Source: Mobula hypostoma
Lineage: Eukaryota
DNA: 64,000 nt
Direction: 5' to 3'
NCBI RefSeq assembly: GCF_963921235.1
Contig: NC_086097.1
Coordinates: 163,062,001 to 163,126,000, forward strand
Positions 34,801-47,830 of the stretch are shown here, piece by piece; the first letter of the stretch is position 1; every line of letters starts with the position of its first letter. The translations under genes and the position numbers were made by a program. The notes under the pieces were generated by a model that ran no database searches, was not told the origin of the DNA, and worked only from the letters and a program-made list of their open reading frames with translations.

Positions 34801-35579
34801 GTCCACGCTGTACCTCTGGATTGCATTAAAAGTGAAGTAAAAAGGAATTCCTAACCCTAGAGTGCAGTGGATCTGAATCATTATTTATAGTCAAGGCTAT
34901 GATAGTTTCTTGGACAATCTATGAGTAAAAGATTTATCATGATTGCACAGGAAAGAAAAATAGAGGCCAAGATCAGCCTAGCTATGATTTTAATTGAATG
35001 CAAAGCAGGCTCAAGGGGCTGAACAGTGCTTGCTACTCCTTTTCCTGATCCTTGTGTTATAATTTGTAAAATACTGTTCCAATTAGTAACAAAAATGCAC
35101 AAATACTCAAGACGCCTTCTTCCATTTTAAACAAGAATGGTCGCATTTTTGTCAAATCCACTCTATTACTGGCCAGTATATAAAGATGGCAGTGTTCTTT
35201 ACTGGTAAAAATGCCTGTAATTGAATACCCAACATTGTTAAACATTAACAATCGGTGTGAGGGAAAGATTTGCAATTGTATTGTAAACTATTTTTTTAAT
35301 TAACATAGATAGGAAAAGCTTGGTTATTTTAATTCTTTTATTGTTATGTTTTCAATCAAAAGATGCAGGCTTTGCTGACAAGGCCAGCATTTATTAATCA
35401 TTCAAGCTGCCCTTGAAAAGATGTTGGAAAGTCACCTTCAAGAACACTGCACTCCTCGTGTAAAGATATTCCTACTCTGGTATTGCCACCAAGCAAAGGA
35501 ACAACCACACATTTACAAAACAGGATAATATGTTCCTAGATGGTTTTTTCACATGCCTCTTTCTTCATCCTTTCAGACA

Positions 35580-36050
35580 CAGACATCATTAATTGCTGTC
35601 GTGACAACAACCTTTCCCTCAATATCTACAAAACAGAAGAGCTGGTCATTGACTTCCGGAAGGGGGAAGTGTACATGTGCTGGTCCACGTCAATATTGTT
35701 GAAGATAAGAGGGTTCTCAGAAATGAACATCACCAATAACCTGCCCTACTCCAACCACGTTGTCACATAGAAGAAAACACACCAATGACTCTACTTCATC
35801 ACCATGTCAAAGAAATTGAACATGTCCTCATTAACCCTGTCCAGTTTTTATTGATGTACCATAGAACACATTCATTCTGGATAGGTAACAGTTTTGTATG
35901 GCAACTGCTCTGTGCGCAATTGCAAAAAACTGCAAGAGAGTTGTGTACAAAACTCAGCATATCTCGGATATCAACCTCCCCTCCATTGGCTTCGTCTATG
36001 CATCTCACCGCCACAGGGCAGTGACCAGCATAATCAAAGCCACTATCCAC
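35580..36050 (+). mobile_element. Rex1/Babar RT fragment, degenerate
   Basis: CRDNNLSLNIYKTEELVIDFRK and YGNCSVRNCKKLQ. Confidence 0.75.
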
Positions 36051-36099
36051 CTTTGAATCAATTAAATATCACACAAATTGGGCATATAACCAGTGTATA

Positions 36100-37620
36100 A
36101 AAGACAAAGAACTGTGCAAATAAAATAATAATAAATAAGCAACAGGAAAGTACGGTGAATTTCCAAAGAGATCACCAGCTCGTAACCCAGCACGGATGGA
36201 AAGCATGCAGAGGAGCCGGCTGGATTTGAACTCGAAATCTTTCGTCCCGAAGTCCAGCACTGATGCCACTACGCCACCAGCCGGGTCAAATACGCAATAA
36301 ATACCAAAAACATAAGAGAAGAGTCCTTGAAAGTGAGTCAAGGTTGTGAGAACAGTTCAGTGATGAGACAAGTGAAGTTGAATGAAGTTATCCCCTTTGC
36401 TTCAAGAGCCTGATGGTTGAGGGACAGTAACTGTTCCTGAAACTGGTGGTGTGAGTCCTTACGCTCCTGTACCTTCTTCCTGATGGCAGCAGTCAGAAGA
36501 GAACAGAACCTGGGTGGTGGGGGGTCTCTGATTATGGATGCTGCTTTTCTGCAACAAAGCTCTTTGTAGATGTGCTCAATGGTGGGGAGAACTTTACCCC
36601 GTTTTGGACTGGGCTGTATTTATTATTTTTTGCAGGATTTTCCATTCAAGGGCATTGGAGCTTCCATACCAGGCTGTGATACAGCCAGTTAGTGATTCTA
36701 CACCACACACGTATAGAAGTTAGCCAACATTTTAGATGTCGTGTTGAATTTTCACAAACTCCAAAGGAAGTAGATGGGTTATTGTGCTTTCTTCATAATT
36801 GCATTAACTTGTCCTCTGAAACAATAACACTGAAGAATTTCAAGTTGTTGACCCTCTCCACCTCCGGTCCCCCATTGAGAACTGGCTTATCGACCTCTGA
36901 TTTCCTCCTCCTGAAATCAATAACCAGATTCTTGGTCTTGCCAACATTGAAAGGTTATTTTGTGGCATCACTCAGCCAGAACGTCCGCTCTCCCTTCTAT
37001 ATGCTGAGTCATAATCACCTTTGATTCAGTTAATGCCAGTGGTGTCACCAGCAAACTTAAGTACAGCATTGGAGCTGTGCTTAGCCACACAGTCATCAGT
37101 GTAAAGCAAGTAAAGCACATGGCTAAGCACACAGCCTTGTGGCAACCCGTGCTGATTGAGATTGTGGAGGAGATGTTGTTGCCAATGTGAAATGACTGTG
37201 GTCCACAAGTGAGGAAATCGGGGATCCAATTACAAATGGATGTATTGAGGCCAAGGTCTTGAGTTTTGTTGATTAGTTTTGAGGGGATGATAAGATTGAT
37301 TGCCGAGCTGTTGGCGATAAAAACCATCGTAATGTATGAATCTCTGTTGTCCAGATGTTCCAGGGTTGATGGCACATGGCATATGATGGCACCAGCCCTT
37401 TAATGAGCACAGAACTTTGGGAGCATGTATTCTTTCTATCACAATGAGATGGTATATGCTATGGACCTTTTGTAACAGTAGGCAAATTGGAATGGATCCA
37501 AATCACTTCTCAGGAGGGAATTGATATGTTTCACCTCAACCTCACAAAACACTTCATCACTGGGTGATAGTCATTGAGGCCTGTTACCACGTTCTTCTTA
37601 GGATTGGTATAATTGAAGCC
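36100..37620 (-). mobile_element. Rex1/Babar LINE fragment, degenerate, with two internal insertions
   Basis: LNDYHPVMKCF, STLEHLDNRDSY and PQGCVLS...KFAGDTT. Confidence 0.85.
36143..36287 (-). mobile_element. Short tRNA-derived SINE, 145 bp
   Basis: A-box TGGCGTAGTGG and B-box GAGTTCAAATCC. TSD AAATAAGCAA / AAATACGCAA at 36133-36142 and 36288-36297. Confidence 0.75.
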
Positions 37621-39489
37621 TGCTTTCATTGCTAAGGGAATTGGTGATTTAGCAATCATTATCAGGCATAAGGAAGAAATGATACTTGTGCTGAAACGTA
37701 TGAAAAATGTTGTGCGTATTCTGTCAGGGGTAATTCCTTTGGGACAGTCAAGTCTCAGTTGGTAGTACACTTGTTTCCGTGTTTGAGGACAGTTCCCACA
37801 ATGGCTTCATCAATCCACTCAGGACCAACAAGACCAGAGTGAAAACGAGTTATCCTCATACCCAAGGAACTGTCTGAGAAGATAACACTGGAAGAACAAG
37901 GAAATTCAAAGCACACTTGTCAACACTCATACATGCCAATCATCTGGTCACCAGGATATTTTTATTAATTCAGAGACCCAAGGGCATCAGCCTGCTGAAT
38001 GCAAAGTGGCCACGGTTTCCTACATCACAGCAGTGATCAATAATACACTTTGCTGGCTACAAAACATCCTTTTAGGGACTTCGGAACCCAATTTTTTTTA
38101 ATATATGTTTAAGCAGCACTCCAGATCTGAAAATATTTTTTCAATAGGAATAGGGATATTTCATCAATTTCTTGCACTGGTAAGTAAAGCAAGAGGATAT
38201 TAATACTTTTTCTTATTTTTAATCAAAAGGGCCACTTGGTTTTCATCCCATTCTTTTCCTGAAGGAAAATGTCTGAAGGATATTCACATGTGTGAACTTT
38301 GATTTCCATTTACAGCAATCTCCAATCCAAGCAACTGTTTCACATTAAAGAATCACAGTTGATGCCTAATAATGCTGAGTCTTCCAGCAATTTTATTTCA
38401 GATATTGCACACCGGATTATTTTTTGTCAACAATATTTTTCATTAATATTTCTTATCATCCAACTAATGTTCATTTGGATGTATGGCAATCCACTTCAAA
38501 TAGGATAAGCCTCTCCTTCAGCATTATTAATCTAAAATGATACTATGTGGCTTTAGCAACTTCTAAAAGAGATTAAATCAAACAGCTGGACAGCCATTTA
38601 AATTTGCTAAAAAGATTAAGAATGACAACATGGGATAAGTGAATAAAATATGGCATCAGAAATTACTGGTGCAGTGTAATCTGATGTGCTGAAGCACACA
38701 CATTTAGTATCTGTTGAAATATCTTTAGATGATTGACTAAAACAATTACTGGGCAACGTTTTAACTTAGTACCAAGAAATGCTTTTCCTAAAACAAATAT
38801 AAGAAAGAATTAAAATGCTGGATTAAAGACTATGGTTATTACTTTCCCATTTATTCTTTACACATTATTTTCATATTTCACAATGTTAACTGAAGATTAA
38901 AAACTACTGTATTGTGATTTGTGATTCAGTCAGTAGCCTTTTAATGAGCACAAAACTTTGGGAGCATGTATTCTTTCTATCACAATAAGGCCGTGTTAGA
39001 AAGTGCATGATTAAAATAGTTGTCACTGAACGGCACTGCTTAGAGTTTGGACAAATCTCCATATGAATGGATTTGCAAATTCACTCATCCATCAATACTT
39101 CAGTGTTAGGCTATTAATGAAGGCTCCAAACCAGCCACTGCCATTCAATAACAAGCCCCCCCCCCCACCCCACATCTGCAAGAAGGAACGTAAATCATTC
39201 TGTCCCTTGATCATTTCATTCCATTAGATCATAACTGACCAGTATCTCAATCCCCTCCTGCCTTTGCTCCAGGAGGTAAGAATTTTATCCAACACAAAAA
39301 ATCTATCCTTCTCAGAGTAATATACCTCAATTGGCCCAAAACTAAGTTTTTTTTTAAAACAGTGAGTTCCACAATTCATTATTTTTCATGTGAAAAAATG
39401 TAGGGGGGGGGTGTCAAATACTCCCTCCAGGTAAAGTGGTTGTAAACAGCCCTTGGCAAATAGAATTGATGAGTATCCCAAGATACGTT

Positions 39490-40295
39490 ATACGTATATT
39501 AGGACGAAGAGGGTAGCTAAAGAAAGGGTAGATGCTCTCAAGGACAACGGAGAAATTTGTGTGTGGAGCCAGAGGAAATAGTTGAGGTCCATAATGGGCA
39601 CATTGCTTTGGTATTCACCAACAAGAAGGGTGTGGATAATAGTGAGATTAGGGAGAGGTATATAATATTCTCGGGCACACCAATATTAAGGAGAAGGTAT
39701 TAGATGTCTTGAAAAATATTAAGGTGGATTGGTTCACATGGCCTGATAGGATCTATGCCAGATTACTGAAGAAAGCATGGGAGGAGACTGTGTGGGTCTT
39801 AGCAGAGACCTTTGTATCCCCTTTGGCCATGGGCAAGGTGCCAGACAACTGAAGAAGAACCAATATTGTCCCATGATTTCAGAAGGGCAACAGAGACAAA
39901 CCAGGAAATTTACTGGCTTATGAACCTTACATCAGTAGAATAATTATTGAAGATTCTTAGGGCAAGGGTTCACTCTCACTTGGAAGAGTGGTGACTTATT
40001 CGGGATTGTCAGCATGCCGTTGTACTGGAGAGGTCCTGTCTCACAAATCTGAACTGAGCTGTTTGAGTAAGTGATTAAGAATACTAATAATGTAAGGGAA
40101 GTAGATATTGTCTACATGGACAAGGGAAATATTTGACAAGGTCTCACATTGTAGGCTACTCTTGAAGATTAAGTCACATGAGATCAATGGTGAGTTGACA
40201 AAACTGAATCCTGGATTGGAGTATATCGGCCATTAGAAGAGGCTGGACAAATTGTTTTCATTGGAGCATCAGAGGCCAAGAGATGATCTGACTAT
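39490..40295 (+). mobile_element. CR1 LINE ORF2 fragment, degenerate
   Basis: Motifs equivalent to GPDRIY.RLL, KKGNRDKPGN, RSCLTNL and VDIVYMD. Confidence 0.8.
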
Positions 40296-40562
40296 GTACA
40301 GGCAGTCTTGGGTTAATGTTCTGTTTCTGATAACTGTCCATAAATTGAGTTCTTTATAACTCAGAAATGTCATATCATTATATATAAAATACTCATTTTT
40401 CAATTAATTGAATATTTATTTTAAAACTCTACACATAATAAAATTAATATATTATAAAGGGTCATTAATGAATACTCTAAACTATTTCAATATTGTCAAA
40501 GATAATGTTAAAGCAAAAGAGATGGCATATAATATTTTAAAAATTAGTGGGAAGCAGAAGGA

Positions 40563-40895
40563 TTGGATCCCCAGCATCAAGGACATCTTCAAAAGGTGGC
40601 ATCTGTCATTAGGAATGCCCATCACCCAAGATGTGTCCTCTTCTCATTGTTATCATCAAGGAGGTACAGCAGCCTGAAGATGTACACTCACCATTTTTGG
40701 AACAGTTTCTACCCTCCAATGAACCCATGTACACTCACTCACTTCTTTTGGTCTCCTTTTACATGACTTACTGAATTTAAATTGTAATATATTGTTTATT
40801 GTAATTTATGATTTTTTAAATTATGCATTGCACTGTACTGCTGCCACAAAACAAATTTCATGACATATGCCAGAGATATCAAACCTGATTCTGAT
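40563..40895 (+). mobile_element. Rex1/Babar 3' fragment
   Basis: CLQKVASVIRNAHHP...RRYSSLK, with tail ACAAATTTCATGACATATGCCAG...AAACCTGATTCTGAT. Confidence 0.75.
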
Positions 40896-41860
40896 CTGGA
40901 TGACGAAATTGATGGTTTGGTGACCAAATTTGCAAATGATACGAAGATAGTTGGAGAGGCAGATAGTGTTCCAGGAGCAGGGAATCTGTAGAATGACTTG
41001 GACAGATGTTAATAAAATGGGTAAAGAAGATGGAATACAGTATAGGGAAATGAAAGGAGATGCATTTTGGTAGAAGGAATAAAGGCATAGACTATTTTCT
41101 AAACAGGGAGCAAATTTAGAAATCGGGGGTGTAAGGGAACTTGAGAGTCCAAGAGCAGGATTCCCTAAAGATTGAGTTGGTAGTACGGAAAGCAAATGCA
41201 AAGTTAGCAAGAGGAGCAGAATAATTTCCCTCGGGATCAATAAAGTATGACTATGACTATACATTGTAATAGCTAGATGAAATGCCAAGGCTTTATAAGA
41301 CATTGGTCAGACCACATTTGAAGTATTCTGAGCAGTCTTGGGACCAAATCCAAGAAAGGATGTGCTGACATTAGACAGGGTCCAGAGAAGGTTTGCAAGA
41401 TTAATCCCAGGAATTAAGGGGTTTATGTACTAGGAGTGTTTGATGACACAGTACCAGCAGTCACAGCTTAGAAAAATGAGGGAGAAATACCACTGAAACC
41501 TACCGAATACTGATAGAGCAGACACGGAGGTGATGTTTCCAATGGTGGAAGAAACTAAAACCAGAGGTTATAGCCTCAGAATACAAGGATATTTCTTTAG
41601 AAAACAGATATGAGGGAATTTATTTTGCTAGATGGTGTATGGAATTCATTGCCTTAGACAGTGGTGGAGGCCAATTCAGTGGGGATATTTTAAATGGAGT
41701 TTGATAGGTTCTGGATTAGTAAGGGCATCAAGGGTTGTGGGGAGAAGGCCGGAGTATAGGGTTCAGAGGGAAAATAAATCAGCCATCAGCCATAATCAAG
41801 TAGTCGTGCAGACTCAAAGGGCTGAACAGCCTATTACTGTTCTTTTGTCTTTTGGTCTTA
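40896..41860 (+). mobile_element. CR1 LINE 3' fragment
   Basis: KFANDTKI, LVRPHLKY and RKDVLTLDRVQRRF, followed by 3' UTR. Confidence 0.85.
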
Positions 41861-43469
41861 CCTTGAAAAATGCTTCAGAAAATCATGGTAGAATTTGCAT
41901 AAAGTTGTCTTTTCAAAAGTCAGAACATGTGTAACATGGGCAATTTCTCTACACAAGAGTATGAGAGGTATAGATGAGATTGATAGTATCCGTTTCCCAG
42001 CACGGAAATCTCAAATTCTGAAGGTCTTACATCTGTAGTGAGAGAGGAAAAGTTCAAATGGGATTTGTGAAGATTTTCTTCAACAGAGAAAGGTAGGTGC
42101 ATGGTTATGCACTGCCAGTGGAGGTGGTGAAAGCAGATACAATAGCAATTATGGATCATCACTGATCACAGGCTTTTAGTGAGAGGGATTCAGACAGACC
42201 ACATGAGCAAGCAGGAATACAGACCAGTTTCAGGCAAAAGGGATGAGATAGGCTGGTGGCAAGACCAGCACCATCATGGTGCGCCAAAGGGCCTGTTCCT
42301 GTACTGTGCAAATGACTCTTGATAATGGTCCTAATGTTTGCTAGATACCTTCTATCAAAGGCAATAGCTTCTACTGATTTCTTACACTGTTTTTGGTAAA
42401 GTGACTTTTAAGCAAATATGAAACCAAGCTGGTGCTATGTGGGGTCTTGTAACAAGATGCTATTTAACTACAGAGCTACAATAGACAGGAAGGTAAATAG
42501 CATGTTAATGCACTCAGAGATCATGCCAACCCACAAATTTTTCAGCTGATTCAAATGAATGGGAGAAACTTGTAACCTGGCAAATCTACGAATGGGAATC
42601 TCCAGTTAACAAGGCCATGTGATAAACAAATCTGTGTGCATCCCAGTTCTTCGCATCCTTTTCAAGTACTTACCAGAATGGGTATCAAATGCCCTCATGA
42701 TTAATCAGACTTTGAAGGGAACACTTCCAGCCAGCAAGAAAGTAAACACTTTTCTTTCTTCAGTTTTAATCCCTAGGTTAATACAACTGCAATATCTGTT
42801 GTCTCTCTTCCATCTCTGTTAATCCCTGTCGTACTTAGTTTTTACAATCTTGGGTGTAGAATTCAATTTAAGTTTCCTATGGTATTTTCACAAGTGCAAA
42901 TTATTATTTTGCCCTAGACCTATGGGGAGTTTCATGTTATGTAAGGCATGTTACACAGAGCTTTGTTTCTTTCTCTCAGTTCCATTTTATTGTATATTAA
43001 ATGCCATTTTATCACTATGAGGAAGCATGATAATTAACAGCAGTTTGTATCATGAACCAATAGAGAATTGCTTCTTCTGATTGCCAATTAGTCTGTAATG
43101 CAGAGATAGCATTGGCTTCTTTTCTCTTCAATAAATTGGCATCTTAAATCATTTTTCCCCCTCACTATGAGGATTTGATTATTTCATTGACTATGATTTT
43201 ACAATCAGCAGCATCTGCTTTTCCCTTCCCTTTCTCTAGCCCAAACGACCTTCATGTTTGACTCCATTATCTTCCATGGGCTCTCTGACCCTATCTTGTA
43301 CCTGGAACATATCTGCTCCCAATACCCACCGAAGTGTTCACCATCTAGCTTCTCTTCCTGCCCCTCATGTTGACTAATTTTGATAACAGTCATTATTCCT
43401 CAAGTACAACCCAGGCTCCATTCACAAAATCAACCTACCTTTCTTCTCCAAGGTCCTTAATCAACTGGC

Positions 43470-44742
43470 TGGAAGTGTTCACAGGTATTCTTAACATCTT
43501 GCTATCAGTCTGTAGTACCCACCTGCTTCAAACAGGCTTCAATTACAACTGTGCTCAATCTGCTGTAATGAGTATTATCCAGTAACACTTGTTACAGAGT
43601 TTGTCCTTTTGTATTATCCAGTAGCTCCAAGATCTGTCTCCAAGACAGTGGAGAGCTGTCGCAGGAAAGCAGCTTCCATCATTAAGAACTCCCACTACCG
43701 AGGCCAGGCTCTCCTCTCGCTGCTATCAGGTGCCTCAGGACCAACATCACCAGGTTCAGTAACTGTTATGCCCCTCAACATTCAGACTCTTGAATCAGAA
43801 GGGTTAACTTCAATCAACACTCACCCTAATACTGAACTGTTCCCACACCTATGGACTCACTTTCAAGGACTCTTCATCTCATGTTTTTGATATTTACTGC
43901 TTATTTATTATCATCTTTTTTCTTTTGCATTCACACAGTTTATTGTCTTTTGCGCACGAATTGTTTGTCCTGTTGGGTGTGGTCTTTCATTGATTCTGCT
44001 GTGTTTCTTGGATTTACTGCGTATGCACGCAAGAAAACAAACCTCAGGGTTGTATATGGTAATATACAGTATCTGTACTTTGATAATAAATTTATTTTGA
44101 ACTTTGAAGACCTACGCCTCAATACCTCCTTGCGCAACTGGATCTTCCAATTTCCTCACTTGCAGGCCCCAGTCAGCTCAGACTGGCAACAACGTCTCCT
44201 CCACAATCTCCATTAGTACAGGTGCACCACAAGGCTGTGTGCTTCGACCCCTACTCTACCTGCTTTACACTTAAGACTGAGAGGCTAAGCTAAGCTCCAG
44301 TGCCATATTTAAGTTTGCTGAATACACCACTGTTGTAGGCCAAATCAAAATTTCATTGAATGTCAGTACAACCAAGGAGCTAATTACTGACTTCAGGATG
44401 AGGATATTGGAGGTCCTTGAACCAGAGGGGATAACTTCACTCAGCCTCACTCACCCCAACACTGAAATGGTTCCACAATATACGGACTCACTTTCGAGGA
44501 CTCTACAACTCGTGTTCTCATATATATTGCTTATTTATTATTATTTGTTTTTTTTTCTTTTTGTACAGTATCTGCAGAGTTTGTCCTCTTGTGCACATTG
44601 GTTGTTTGTCCAACTTTGTTGTATGCATTTTTCCATTGATTCTATTGTGTTTCTTTGTACCTTCTGTGAAAGCCTACAAGAAGATGAATCTCAGGGTGAC
44701 GTATGGTGACATATTTTGATAATAAATTTACTTTGAACTTTA
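43470..44742 (+). mobile_element. Cluster of nested Rex1/Babar fragments
   Basis: Two copies of the same 3' UTR (ACTCACCCYAAYACTGAA...GATAATAAATTTA.TTTGAACTTT) inside an RT remnant (GAPQGCVL). Confidence 0.75.
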
Positions 44743-45129
44743 TTAACATCCAATCTCAACGATTCTTCTCAGAATTTTCTGTCTACATCCTTCTACATCA
44801 GGTTTCTATCTCTGACATAGTTTTATCCTTAACTGCATGGCTCTAGGCTTCTCCACCAACAGGACTGAACATTCGCTGCCTTCTGTTGTCCAGTGAAGGA
44901 TGGACATTGTTAATGCACGCTTCACCTGCGCTAACAACATCCTGCAAACCAATACAAAGAACCATTGATACATCTTAATCACTCTTCAGCATTTTATGTG
45001 ACCAATCTCATCAGCATTAAACAGCTCCATCCTAAACTGCAGCTCGTTTAATTTCTAACCCTCCCCAGATTTGTTGAAAGGTCATCAATGTGTAATGTCA
45101 ATTGTTTCTCTCTCCACCTGCTGCACAGT

Positions 45130-45510
45130 ATGCAGCCTTCAGGGCTGCCACCTCTTGCACCTAGAGATCCAGATTCAATTCTGACCTCAGGCCCTGCCTG
45201 TGGGGCATTAGCACATGCTCCATGTGACCACATAGGTCTCTTCCAGGCACTCCAGTTTCTTCCCACACCACAAAGACATGTGGATTGGTAGGTTATCTGG
45301 CTACTGTCAATTGGCCCTAATCTACTGGTGATTGGTAGAATCAGTGGGGAATGATGGGAATGTAGGACAAATAAAATGGGATTAGAACAGGGGTTCCCAA
45401 ACTGAGGTACATGGACCCCTTTGTTAATGGTAAGGGTCCATGGCATAAAAAACGGTTGGGAAACCCTGGATGAGGGCAAACGATGGGTTAAAAGATGCTG
45501 TTAGATGCTG
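45130..45510 (+). mobile_element. V-SINE (HE1-like), degenerate, carrying a MITE insertion
   Basis: B-box-like AGATTCAATTCTGACC and V-domain CACTCCAGTTTCTTCCCACACCACAAAGAC. Confidence 0.7.
45388..45468. mobile_element. 81-bp hAT-type MITE
   Basis: TIRs CAGGGGTTCCCAA / TTGGGAAACCCTG and an inner inverted repeat ATGGACCC / GGGTCCAT. The TSD is degenerate. Confidence 0.7.
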
Positions 45511-46085
45511 CTTGGGGTTCTTAACAGTATCTATTTTAAAATCCACTCATATTTATCCATTCATAGCCAGGAATCACTTCATTTGACATAAAGGAGCCAT
45601 TCTGTGTTGAAACCACAGATGCTGGATATTTAGAAAGAGAAATTGTTACAAAAGATCAGGCAGTCTTTTGCATTTTAGATCAAAGACCCTATTGTCAGAA
45701 TTGTTCTGATGAAAAGCCATTACTTGTTGTGCAAGGTGAGATCTGTGTTAAAAAAATAGTACTTTTGGCTAGGCCCACATACCCTCCTCATACCCCAATT
45801 CCAAACCAGCATCCTAGATGCAACATTATTTCAGCTGATGGTATCCATGCTGATGGTTAAAGAGAAGTCAGTTCAAATCTCTTGCCAATGTGGTGCATAT
45901 TAAATTTTAGGTTGATATTGTCCACTATTGCAACAGAATTCTTCAGATTAAAACAACAGCCTATCATTTCTCCAGAGCAAGTACCAAAGATCTTGTGGGA
46001 CTGTACTGGAAAACAGCAGTGTCCCAGTCACTGTACCAAAAAAATGTTCCTGACCTGAAACATTGTTTGGCTTCTTTCTCTACAG

Positions 46086-47259
46086 CAGGAGTCCCCAACC
46101 TTTTTTGCACTGTGGACCGATTTAATATTGACAATATTCTTGCGGACCGGCCAACCCGGGGGGGGGGGGGGGGGGGAAGTAGGGTTGTTGCCAACGGACA
46201 AGAGTAGCAGTCAATAACGTTGTGTTTACCCCGAGAAAGACTACCATGACCACGAAGCCTTGCGCGGGCACCTGTGTGCGCATGCATGTACATGCCGATT
46301 TTTTTCTTACAAATCGTTATTGGTGATTCTGTTCAGGGGGGGGTGTTAATCACAACCGGAATATAGGTGGTAAGTGGCTAATGCACTCAATTTAATTTCT
46401 AAAAGGGTTTATCTAATGAATTTAATATTAAGCACAGCGCATATTTTCCTCGCATGAATATAGTGATAAGTCAATTATCACGGGAGGACAGGGGAGCTTG
46501 AACGAACTTCCAGTAGAAGGGATAGAGGCAGGTTCAATATTATCATTTAAAGAAAAATTGGACAGGTACATGGACAGGAAAGGAATGGAGGGTTATGGGC
46601 TGAGTGCAGGTTGGTGGGACTAGGTGTGAGTAAGAGTTCGGCACGGACTAGAAGGACAGAGATGGCCTGTTTCCGTGCTGTAATTGTTATATGGTTATTT
46701 AAGTCACTTATAAGTCAATAGCATCATAACATTTTAAGTAACATTTGGATATTAAACACACAGCATATATTTTCCCCGTATGAACATATAAAATCATTGC
46801 AACACACCAATATCACTGAATCAGTGGGAGCCCTGGGCTGAATACTTATTCCCTGCAACAAGACAGTGCCATCGAAGGGTGATGGGAGACAGCGATATTC
46901 GAAGGGGGTTCCTTATGTCCAGTCTATTCCGCAATTTAGTTTTCGTTGCATTCATTGCAGAGATATGTTGGAAATGGAAGCAACGTTTTCAGTGCTTTCA
47001 TGGCTATCTCAGGATATTTAGCCTTGACTTTGATCCAGAATGCCGGCAGGGATGTTTTGTCAAACATACTTTTCAGCCCGCCGTCATTTGCAAGTTCGAG
47101 GAGTTGATCTCCTTCCCGCGCTGACATGGATGACGCGCGGGTCATGACCTCACGTGTGTTCAAGCTCCAGTGGGCGTGACAGGGAATGAGGAAAGGTGCA
47201 GACGACTCATATCGCCAAATCATATCGTTTCCTCGCTGCCCAGTGGTTGGGGACTGCTG
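46086..47259 (-). mobile_element. hAT (Charlie/Buster-type) deletion derivative, 1174 bp
   Basis: 15-bp TIRs CAGGAGTCCCCAACC / CAGCAGTCCCCAACC and perfect 8-bp TSD CTCTACAG. Transposase C-terminal remnant FWIKVKAKYPEIAMKALKTLLPFPTYLC. Confidence 0.93.
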
Positions 47260-47299
47260 CTCTACAGATGCTACTTGACTGAGTTCTTCCAGCATCAAC

Positions 47300-47830
47300 T
47301 CCATAGATGCCATGGTCAAGAAAGCACACACGGGTACATCTAAACTAGAGGCTAAGGAAGTTCAGCATGTCATCACTGGCCCTCACCAATATTTATAGAT
47401 GCACTATAGAAAGCATCCTATCCAAATACATTACGGATTAGAATGGCAACTGTTCTACCCAAGACCACAAGAAACATCAGAGCTCTAGCCTTCCCTCCAT
47501 AGAATCTCTACATTTTTTTGCTGCCTTTGTAAAGGAGCCAACATAATCAAAGTACCTACCCACACCAGAGATTCTTCCTTTTCCTTCCTTCCATGGGGCT
47601 GAAGATCCCAAACCCTGAAAGCATATACTACCAGGCTTCTATCCGACAGTTATAAGACTATTAAACAGTCTCCTAGTACAATAAGATAGACTCTTGACCT
47701 CACAATCTACCTTGGCATGGCCTTACAACTTATGATCTGCCTACACTGCAGTGTCTCTGTAAGCATAACATTTCATTCTGAATTCTGTTATTACTTTTCC
47801 CTTGTACTAGCTCAATGTACTGATGTGATA
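47300..47830 (+). mobile_element. Rex1/Babar 3' fragment, degenerate
   Basis: Motifs equivalent to LTNIYRCTIESIL and KGANIIK.PTH. Confidence 0.7.

Noticed and set aside
46158..46176. Poly-G runs as functional G-quadruplexes (also about 23919-23933)
   Set aside because: Homopolymers inside TEs with unreliable length and no supporting context.
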